Source: Ascidiella aspersa
Taxonomy: Eukaryota
NCBI GenBank assembly: GCA_963924565.1
Contig: OZ004608.1
Span: forward strand, 11,904,001-11,968,000
DNA length: 64,000 nt
Reading direction: 5' to 3'
Position 1 is the stretch's first letter. Each line of letters opens with the position of its first letter. The notes beneath the pieces were generated by a model. That model was not told the origin of the DNA, did no database searches, and saw nothing but the letters and a program-made list of their open reading frames with translations. Positions 34,922 through 44,415 of this stretch are shown one piece after another. Made by a program: the position numbers and the translations under genes.

Positions 34922-36235
34922 TTAGTGATAGAACTTGCAGTATTTCCCTAAGAAACCATCATAACATTGACAGCTAACTTGATAATGCTGGTTTTCCTGT
35001 AGGGTGATTTGGAGAAACTCTGTCATAATTTCAGGTAGAAAAACCAACTTGTCATTGTAAGTACTCTTTTGGAAAACGCATCGGCCATGACCATGGCACA
35101 AGTTGATGCTACAAATAGAGGCAGAATCAGATGCCATTTTAAGGTAAGGACCAAGAGTGCCTGACACATATGTCTGCAGTTTCTCACACCAGCTTTTATT
35201 TGTCTGCATATAGTCGCCCCAAAGAACAACACCAGACGCCCCTAGAATTGCGGCTGCCCCAGAACTGTGGATCACATCTTTCTTGGTAAGAAACTCACGA
35301 GTCAATCTGTAGACCAAGTTGTTGTAAGCATAAATAGGAACACTCGTGTTGGATGGTCGGTTTTTATCCACCCTTATAGCCTCCTTAACTCTGTTGCCAG
35401 CATATTCAATTGTGTACTCACTATTTTTAAACCACAACCCAACATAGGTAGAAGGGTATAATGCACTGCTGTTACCAAACAACCACTCCAGGATATCGTT
35501 GTCAGCAAGTACTTGCTTGTGACAAGTGTAGTCACTTCCATTCTTTGCATAGTTATAACAATCGGGAAATAAATAATAGCCCCAGTCTCCATTAGGGCGC
35601 ATTCGTTCTCCCAACTTCAAGGTTTCTAGCATGAACGCTTTTGAAGCTGTTTCAAATTCCAATTTTGCTTGAGCTTTAATTTCAGTTTCTGACCAGTCTG
35701 GATGTTCCCGTTTTACTTTGTCCATAGAAGCATTTTGATAAATAAGGCCTTCACCCCAACCGTTGTGAACCCAAAGAGGTCGCCAGCTTTCCCAATCTAT
35801 AACAGAAAGACCCTTAAAATTTGCATCAGGCAAAAACTGATTGATGTCCTTCTCACACTTTTTTAAATGTTCTGTCAGGTTCCCGAGTTGTGGTATTCCG
35901 CCATTGACTGGATTTCCATTTTTGTCAAAGTTAGGGTAAAGGCCAAGTCGGTTGCTATAAAATATCATCATATTTTTGCCGTCACTGGTTTCATCTGGAT
36001 TATGGACAATGTCAAAAGACGTGAGATCAATAGGCACTCCATATTTCGACCCACATGCGCCAGTATCAATATTCCACACTGCTACAAATGGTCGGAAGGG
36101 TAAAACTGGTGCAGAAATGAAGGGCTTGTAATTTTCTGTAAAAACTTCAAAGGATTCACCTGATGCAAACTTGCAGGTAATCAAAGTGAAAAAAACTGTA
36201 GTTAGCAAACATAGAAATCTTTCCATTTTGTACAT
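34922..36235 (-). CDS. Secreted hyaluronidase / glycoside hydrolase family 56, single coding exon (437 aa)
   Basis: Signal peptide; PFVAVWN, IFYSNRLGLYP, NGGIPQ, catalytic IDWESWRP, WGYYLFPDCYNY, WLFGNSSALYPS, GASGVVLWG; C-terminal EGF-like CSINLCHGHGRC...CQCYDGFLGKYC. No GPI/TM tail. Confidence 0.96.
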   Translation of the reverse strand: MYKMERFLCLLTTVFFTLITCKFASGESFEVFTENYKPFISAPVLPFRPFVAVWNIDTGACGSKYGVPIDLTSFDIVHNPDETSDGKNMMIFYSNRLGLYPNFDKNGNPVNGGIPQLGNLTEHLKKCEKDINQFLPDANFKGLSVIDWESWRPLWVHNGWGEGLIYQNASMDKVKREHPDWSETEIKAQAKLEFETASKAFMLETLKLGERMRPNGDWGYYLFPDCYNYAKNGSDYTCHKQVLADNDILEWLFGNSSALYPSTYVGLWFKNSEYTIEYAGNRVKEAIRVDKNRPSNTSVPIYAYNNLVYRLTREFLTKKDVIHSSGAAAILGASGVVLWGDYMQTNKSWCEKLQTYVSGTLGPYLKMASDSASICSINLCHGHGRCVFQKSTYNDKLVFLPEIMTEFLQITLQENQHYQVSCQCYDGFLGKYCKFYH

Positions 36236-36552
36236 AACACTAAAGTTGTCTACAAATTAAAACAGACCATACATTATTTTACTGTGATTAGTTTTCCATA
36301 ACCACAACAGACTGGTCATCAAACAGGTATCTTTCTTAGTTATTCAACTGATATATACCACATGGTCATGTGCCCGTTGGGAAGTCCGAAAAGTATGGCA
36401 GATCTCAATTCAATCTCACAGTTGAACAGCCCAAAAAATGAGTAACATATAGGGAAATTATGTGCACATTTGAATTCTTACGATGCAAGTTGGGTCTGTT
36501 AAAACTAAAATTAATGGTGCAATTGTGATTCTTTTAAGTCTGCCGACCTACT

Positions 36553-36813
36553 GTGGCAGGTGCACACCCAAATTAATTTAAATAAATTGTGCGCAGCTTA
36601 GTATATTGCACACCTAAATTTTGGAAAAAATAGTTGCAGGATTGTAAACCTCAGGTAATTTGAGGTATGCAGGTGTCAAATAATGTTTTTCATACACCAA
36701 ATTTAAGAATACTACCACATTTTAATCTTTTTTTTTTCAAAATTTAGGTGTGTTATGTACTAATTTAGGTGTGCACAGACAATTCTTTAAAAAATCAGTT
36801 GTACACCTGCCAC
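36553..36813. mobile_element. Foldback/MITE-like element with long imperfect inverted arms
   Basis: GTGGCAGGTGCACACC ... GCACACCTAAATTTTGGAAAAAA pairs with TTTTTTCAAAATTTAGGTGTG ... GTACACCTGCCAC. Confidence 0.65.
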
Positions 36814-36825
36814 ACTGCCACACGA

Positions 36826-37028
36826 CAGCAGCTGCAGCTAGCTTAAAGTTACGCTTTGGAGCGATTTTCACGCTTTGCTAAACTCAAGCCCGCAGTGCAG
36901 CTAGTGAAACATGTTACGTTTTGGGGCGATTTTTACGCCCAGCGCAGCTCACTGCAGCTGTAGTGAAAATAATTTCACGCCCAGTGCAGCTCAGCTCCGC
37001 TCAGTGCAGCTGTAGTGTAAACGGGCCT
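36826..37028. mobile_element. PIF/Harbinger-like non-autonomous element end with internal tandem repeats
   Basis: Repeated (CGCCCAG)TGCAGCT...GTAGTGAAA units, ending in GTGTAAACGGGCCT followed by TTA (Harbinger-type terminus and TAA/TTA target). The other end was not identified. Confidence 0.5.
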
Positions 37029-37389
37029 TTATGATCTGAAGTATTGCTTCTGCAATCTTACAAGACGTTCTTGTATTAAATGCTGCACCCGTATTTGTTC
37101 TTATTTAGAAAACAAGCGCATACTGGGCGCATTTTTATTGGTAAAATAAATTCAATTATGTGTTCCACTGGTAAGCGCAAATAAAGCAACTCAGGCAGTA
37201 TTAGTGCTCTATGGTTGGACCAAAGTTCTCTTTGGTTGGACTTGATTGTTTTGATCTGCGGCGATTTCGCTAAAGCAAAAACCATTGGTTGGTACAAAGC
37301 ATTGCATCCCAAAAATGTCACCAATAATAGAAATATCTTTATTGCAGGCCGCTTAATTTTATATTTTAGTCTAAATTTTACATACAAAA

Positions 37390-37586
37390 ATTCCTAAAAA
37401 AGTACCAACATGTTTACTGTGATGTTTCATTATTCATGTTATACCAACACTTCGTAGGAAAGCGTTGTTGGTAAAAATTACTTTGGGTTATTTTCCATTG
37501 GTAGTTTCGTGGGAGTTTTCTCCTGAAAGAGAAAAGTAAGGATTTGTTGAGGAAAGTAAGCTCCGCGACTGACAAATATTAAAATA
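37390..37586. promoter_or_regulatory. Probable bidirectional promoter region between THOC3 (+) and the hyaluronidase/RAD17 unit (-)
   Basis: Head-to-head arrangement: THOC3 ATG at 37587, hyaluronidase acceptor at 36250, candidate minus-strand donor at 37385. The position is inferred; no core motif was identified. Confidence 0.4.
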
Positions 37587-40500
37587 ATGGTTGCTGGGCT
37601 TGATCAGCTTCAACAGCATTTCAAATCCAATGGAAAAACAAAGGAGCATTCAGCCCACAGTGCCAAAGTACACTCAGTCGCTTGGAATGCAAATGGGAAG
37701 AAGTTAGCATCTGGATCCTACGACCAAACAGTTTGCGTCTTCATACTTGAACGAGATCGATTGGTGAGTTTTGTTCTTGTACTTAAATATTTTCCTTTGT
37801 TATACCAATGGTACAACACTTGATTTCTGTCAAATACTGTATAGATGTAGGCAACTAAACGTGCCACCATGGAAGAATGTGTGCACTGCTAGTGTTTTTT
37901 CACAAACCAAAGCTGCACCCCCAGACATATTCACTTTTCACAAAAAAGGTGTACATTTGACCTTTGTTGCACCTGGTCATGCCGAATTTTCTGGCGGTGC
38001 ACCCACAAGATCCAACTAAGTTCTTTTCGGCCCAATTGCATTCCAGTGGCTTTCGGCCAGAGATCTTTGACATGAAATACTTGCATAAAATCATGCCATT
38101 GTCGTCATTTGGCGTGGAACATCGCCGGCCTAGTGAATTTACCAAAAACAATGATCCTTTTTGGCATATATATTGTCCGATTTTATATGTAGGATTTCAG
38201 CAAATCTTTGGCTTGAATCTTTGGCGGCCACCAATTATGGAATGTCCCCAGTTATGAGTATGTACTTTCCAACAGGGAGAATGTGTACCATTGTTATTTT
38301 GGCAAGTAGTTGTAAAACTGTCTGTGCAAATGTAATATTTTTCTAAACAATTTAATACTTTTATGAAAAAGGGATTAGGGCTTATCTTTTAAACAATCAA
38401 TCCAGGTCGTTTGTAAAACAGGTACTAAAATCCATAATTAAAATCCCAATCTCTTTAAAAATAAAATTACTTTTCTAGACGAAAGACTTCACCTGCAAGG
38501 GTCACACAGACAGTGTTGACCAGTTGTGCTGGCACCCAACCTCAAGCGATGTGTTTGCAACAGCATCTGGAGATAAAACTGTCAGAATATGGGATGCAAG
38601 AAGCGGAAAATGCTCCTCAACTATTAATACAAAAGGTGTTGTATATTGTTTACTTATACTATTTGGTTGCAGTGTATATATATATATGTTTAATTATTAA
38701 AGCAATTTTATTATTTTTATCTTAATGGAAAGGTTTGGTATCAGTAGTCAATTTGGCGCTGGTCTAGAATGCTACCACAATTATTAAATAGACGCACAAT
38801 ATTTGGGTTAGGGTGCGAGTTGGCGTTTGGGTGTGGGTGGGTCAAGTATTGTTATATTCATTATTAAATAATAATAATTTCCCACTGTTACCCAAACGCT
38901 AATCAGCACCCTAACCCAAATAATGTACGTTGTGGTAGGATTCCAGACCAGCGCCGTCAATTGTATTTTGAATAAATTCCAAAATTATATATCCGGAATG
39001 TTTAACTTACAAAACCATAGAACTTTAAGTTTGGGTCAAAAATCACTTTAAATTTAAAAAATATTTTAATGATCTTTGATCAGGTGAAAATATCAACATA
39101 TGCTGGAGTCCAAATGGTCAAAGCATTGCTGTAGGTAACAAGGAAGATTTGGTGACATTTATTGATACCAAGACTTTCAAGTCAAGAGCTCATGAGCAGT
39201 TTAAAGTCGAGGTTAAGTAAACTTCCTATATATTATTTTTTCTAAGTTTCCATTTTTTAATGTTCTTTAAATATTAGGTTAATGAAATTGCTTGGAACAA
39301 TACAAACAACCTATTTTTTATCACCACCGGTTTGGGAACAATTCAAATATATAGGTAAATTAAGCTAACAGAGTATTTTTTTAAAGATTTTAAAAATATA
39401 TTGACTAATGTTTCACCATTTGTAAACAAAGTTATTCATCTGGATAAATGAAATAAATTGCTATCCAGTGCAATACATTGCTTAAAATTCATAGTTTTAT
39501 TTTTTTATTTTTTAAACGTTGTTTCTGCTTTATTTCTCAGCTGTGTTAAAGTTCAGATTTTCAGCTGTGCTGGTTTAATTTGGTTAGTTTAATGAATATG
39601 TGTGTAATTTAATCAGTATCCTTCAACCCCTCGATAAATCCAATTTTTTTCATGCAAATAAAATGATTAAATGGTTGTTAATGACATGCTTAAGTGCCAA
39701 CTAAAAAAAAAAATTATGTTGAACTTAATGCTTTTTATATGTAATACCTTGTTTCTTTTGGTTTCTCATCTGCCATTAATTATCATTTTCAATCAATACC
39801 CAGACAGTGCTACATATAAAACTCACTTGATTTGAGTCCAATTTAAAAAAAAATACTGTTACTGTACATCATAATTTCAGAAAATTTGTCCTAATATTTA
39901 GGAAATGGAAAAGATTGATTTAAAGTCAAGAGTTGGACCAAATATTTATGTGTATTTTTGCAGCTATCCTGAGTTAAAGCAAGTTGCGTCTCTCTGTGGT
40001 CACACGGCCAACTGCATATGCATTAAATTTGACCCCTCTGGGCAATATTTCGCTACAGGTAGTGCAGATGCTCTTGTAAACCTGTGGGATGTATCTGAAC
40101 TGGTGTGCGTCAAAACCTTTTCACGGTAGGCAATTTAGAACCGTTTTACTGAGTGTTGTTTTATGGGTTTCTTACTGTCCTGACTTTGAGTTTTATGTTT
40201 CTAACTTTATCCAGGCTTGATTGGCCAGTTAGAACTCTCAGCTTTAGCGCAGATGGACAGATACTTGCTTCTGCATCGGAAGATCACTTCATTGACATTT
40301 CTCATGTGGACACTGGGGAGAAAATTTGCGAGGTTCTGTTAAAGTTAATTAGTTTGTCTAACTTAGGCTTCTAAATTGTTTAGTCTGGAACCACTTTAGT
40401 TATTTAAAAAAATCCTAGGTTTTACTTTTCATATAACATTGATAGTCCGGCAAACATTTGTAATGTTTAGCGTAAATTGAAATTACGTTCCACTAGTTTT

Positions 40501-41030
40501 CAACATGCTACAAAAACTCTTTAGGCCGGCGACCCCAGATTGAGAAGCCCTGGTCGTAGTTATAATCAAACAGTTTAAAAATGAATGGTATCCTTGTTTT
40601 AACTTGGTACCGAACAATAAAAAAAATCCAACGATTACAGTTTAGTTATAAAATATTTTCTTTAGGCATAATTTAATTAGGGAGGAGGTACGCTGTGTTT
40701 TTGATTGCGTTAATATAATATTATTCAGGCAGTTATCCTGGACTTGTGTGCACTCTATTGGCCGTGCAATCCTATTAATTTTATATTAGCCAATGCTCAT
40801 TTTTGTGCAAAAATCTGATGTGACGCGTCATACAATAGTGGAAATTCAGGCCACCACAACCGGCCTCAATATACTTTTGTCTGCTTGTCGAGTAGGTTCC
40901 CTGCGACTCGCCCACCTTCACAGTTGCCTGGCACCCGCGTAGCAAGCTGTTGGCTTATGCGTGTGACGACAAGGACAAGTACGGAAGGGACGCAGGCACC
41001 GTTAAGCTCTTTGGTTTGCCCAACGACTGA
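37587..41030 (+). CDS. THOC3: THO complex subunit 3 (WD40; 7 coding exons)
   Basis: AHSAKVHSVAWNANGKKLASGSYDQTV|GHTDSVDQLCWHP...TASGDKTVRIWD...NTK|GENINICWSPNG...GNKEDLVTFID|VNEIAWN|SYPELK...GHTANCICIKFDPSGQYFATGSADALV|RLDWPVRTLSFS..LASASEDHFIDI|VPCDSPTFTVAWHP...RDAGTVKLFGLPND*. GT-AG introns in phase. Confidence 0.95.
38755..38955. mobile_element. ~200-bp palindromic MITE in THOC3 intron 2
   Basis: TIRs GGCGCTGGTCTAGAATGCTACCACAA / TTGTGGTAGGATTCCAGACCAGCGCC, inner arms TTTGGGTTAGGGTGC / GCACCCTAACCCAAA, and a flanking direct repeat GTCAATT(t/g). Confidence 0.8.
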
Positions 41031-41528
41031 AGCTCGCAGCTCTACGTGCTAGGATTCTTCCTTTTGGCTAGTGCGTCACTTTCGCCTTATCTGGTCAACA
41101 CTGCCCCGACCAGACGACAAAGCTCGTTACTTTGCTGTAACAAATGCTTTCACCTGTTTAAGTCCAGAATTTTGAAGAATAAATTTTTTCTACACAAATG
41201 TTTGTTTAAAGAGCCTTTTCGTTGATTGCTGAGAGCTCGCAAACATTTCTTCCTCTTATTATCCACAAATCAATTTGAAAAAATCTATTCTTGATTGTGT
41301 AGGGTTAACGTATAGCAGCAACATTTCAATGTGTCACAGGCCACACATTTAGACGACCATTATTTTCATTTTTCAACTGATAAACTTTTCCGAAAAAATA
41401 GGCCGATATGTATTCACTTTACCGCTTTGGGATTCAACCTGATTAACGGATGTTAGCCCAAATGCCATAATGCAGGGGCTTTAAACTCGACACTGATTTC
41501 GCCCTTAACTGCTAAAAATGATTTAAGG

Positions 41529-42333
41529 CGGGGGCGGGCAACATACGACCCGCAACGGAATTTTGAGCGGCCCGCAGACACCTTCCGGTTTTACATGATA
41601 ATGTGGCCCGCGGCAATAGTCTGCCGCAATCCCCCACTACTTCTTACTACGTCAAATATTAGTGATTCTTAGTTATTCTTCGGTTCTTTGTCTTGGGTTA
41701 AAATTATAGGAATCCAGCCATAAGATCGAAATAAGAACAACATTAACGTCGGAATAGCACACAGTTCGGAATAAGACCGTAATAGGACTAATACCTTATC
41801 GTCGTAGTACAGTCTAAATCGGAATACGTCATAAACCCGTCGGAATAAGACTTAAATGACCACAACTAGGCCTATAAAACATCTTAGCTAATCCAAACCC
41901 CATCCCTAATACATCGCCCCTAATAATTTCAACCCTAATTACCCACCAATAACCCTAAATAGGGCCAGAAAATCAGGTGCCAAAACAGCGGCGCCATACG
42001 GCGCCCAAAATTCGACACAAAACGGCCGATGCCATTATACTTATAGCCCCCGATCGTCCCATATTTTCCTTGGATTTTGCCAAGAATCGTTAAGTTGCAA
42101 ATTTAACAAGGATTGGATACCGAAGTACTTATTCACTCAAATTGGCAAGAAAGCAGTATGTTTGCTGTACAATGAAAGTGTTGCTGTGTTTAAAAAGTAC
42201 AACATTAGCCGCCGTTATGGGACAAAACATGTAGACTATGACAGTACAATTAATATATCGATCAGGAATCCCGCCCGCCAAGTACTTTTTTTCCCAAATC
42301 AGGCCCGTCGACTGGAAAAGTTGCCCGCCCCTG
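41529..42333. mobile_element. Non-autonomous hAT element with probable nested repeat-rich insert
   Basis: TIRs CGGGGGCGGGCAAC / GTTGCCCGCCCCTG with exact 8-bp TSD ATTTAAGG. Internal CGGAATAAGAC repeats and (A)CCCTAA-rich tract at ~41725-41960. Confidence 0.85.
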
Positions 42334-42652
42334 ATTTAAGGCATGGTATTGCAGGTAGGTTAAAATATTAACTGCAGTTTTGAAGTAAGGCGGTGGCATA
42401 AGCAAGGCTTGATTTTTTCTAAACAACAAATCTTTGACTATGTTGGTGCAGCAAAAAAATTTGCTCAACGGAAATCCAAATTTATGTTTAGATTTATGGT
42501 TTTTATACAAACTCTCGTAATTTTGTGTCAAAGAAAAATACTTGACAGGTAACTAATAGGTATTTGTTGACCCGTGCTTCGTTTACCCTTGTTTGGGCGA
42601 TAGCGTCTAACCTTCTGCAGTAGAAGAAATAATTCACTTATTCTATCTAGCC

Positions 42653-42927
42653 CGGTGGTTCTTAGCCTAAATTCTCAACCTTACGGCACCCCTTATGCTT
42701 CCTCGAAACAATGGCGGACGCTTAAACTTTTTTTTAACAAAATAAAAACAAAATCACTGTAATATAGTGTTACTCTTAACATTGAATTTAATTCTCATAC
42801 AAAAGACTTACTATACACAACATCTCAAAATACTTATTTTGGTTACAAAAGAATGGTGTACGGCTCTAATGACGCATTAATAAATTTGACCCCCAGGAGT
42901 ACGCGTAACCCAGGTTGAGAACCACTG
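42653..42927. mobile_element. Degenerate hAT-like MITE (same end family as 29148)
   Basis: CGGTGGTTCTTAGCCT ... AGGTTGAGAACCACTG termini. Confidence 0.55.
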
Positions 42928-44415
42928 CATATCTAACTTTTTTTACCGCATTAAAAAAAATGTATAAACGACACATGTGGGATTTGGCAAGACGTGAACA
43001 CCGTTTAATAGAGATCGTAATCGTTCGCTGAAGATCGGGCGCATGCACATTTCGTCGCTAGAGGTCGGCAGAGGTGAGGCGGTGACGACCAATAACAACT
43101 ACACAACATGAGCAATAACAAAAACTGAATAATAAGAAAAAGAAAACGAGTGAAGTAAGAGATTGTACGAAAGGGGGAAAACGATGTAACACACCTTGTT
43201 GGTCGTGGGGAAAAATGCAAAAAATGTTGAAAGAATAGTTGGGAAAGAAACAAACGTAAAATCTTCGTTCTTAGGGATCAAAGATGGGGCTATGCTTCTC
43301 AACGGACAAGCTGGTAATTTAAATAAACCCTAAGATATTGAAGCAAACGCGGAGCTCCAGACCTTTCGTTAGAGGTTGGTTTATTTTCACAAAGTGACGG
43401 AAACAGTCCATTTTAAATCGAGTTTACCAAATCTTAGAGAATGTGTTGCGCATATAATTTGAACCCGTTGAACGAACAGGAGCGTTTCCTGAAAGGAATC
43501 TATAACAACTATTTGACAGGGCAGTGTAGAAAAAAACAAGAAATACGCACCACAGAGTAACAAGCGATTCAAAAACAGAAGCGTGGTGAACGCTTGTCAA
43601 ACTGCAAGGTTTAAAAGCAAGCGCGGACAACGCACACAATTAAGTCATATTGGTGCTTCGAATTTTATCAAAAAAAATGAGCAAATAAAAAATATTTTAG
43701 GTACACATTACTTCTTGTGAAGAACCCTCAAACATGTATTCAAGTTCGGCGGTTCTTAATATTTACAAAAGAATAAATTGATTAAAACTTTTTTCCATCT
43801 CTTGGACATATATTTAGAGTTTTAGACATAGGCTATTTTCAGGACAAATATTTTTCCGAAATAAATAAGTCAATTAACGTCTCTTTGGAGAGTGTGGAAC
43901 ATCAGAAAAGTGAAGGCAAAATACTTTGAACTCCTCGAAGTTGTTCAAATTGCATTGAACAAGGGGTATATAAATCTTCGAATCCACAAGCAAGCAAAAA
44001 GCGGCACAACGTTCGCGAGAACCCGAATGTGTTCGCGGACCAAGGGTTTTACATTTGAGACCTTAGGAAACGTGCCCCATACCCCAGCAGTACTTGACAT
44101 GTATACCGTTGCACACTGAAATAATAAATCGATTGAAATGGCCCTGGACTTTGTTTTCCTTCAACGAGCTGCATGTTGTAGGCCTAGAAACGATTGACAG
44201 GAAATACTATACGCAATGCTGTAATGTCCCAAAGATTGGAATAAACCGTACTGATCGCAGAATGAATTGATCAAAACGCAGCGTTGTTTATACGGTGGCT
44301 ACGTATTAGAGCTACGTTCTAACGTAATCGAGGTACATTTCAACGTAATCGAGTTACGATTCCAGGCTGTACGGAAATGATTCTCCCGCCTTTGCTAAGA
44401 AACGGTATCTTAACG

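Noticed and set aside
37076-37387. 103-aa ORF upstream of the hyaluronidase
   Set aside because: No recognisable motif; it starts at a candidate splice donor and is probably intronic.
39616-40600. GTATCCTT motifs resembling U12 donors in THOC3 (near 39617 and 40589)
   Set aside because: They are not at exon boundaries, and all THOC3 exons join with ordinary GT-AG sites.
41725-41850. Spaced CGGAATAAGAC repeats resembling a CRISPR-like array
   Set aside because: The repeats are only ~11 bp, irregularly spaced, and lie inside a TIR/TSD-bounded transposon in a eukaryotic genome with no cas genes.
41890-41960. CCCTAA-like units suggesting an interstitial telomere
   Set aside because: Few, degenerate, non-tandem copies embedded in a MITE.
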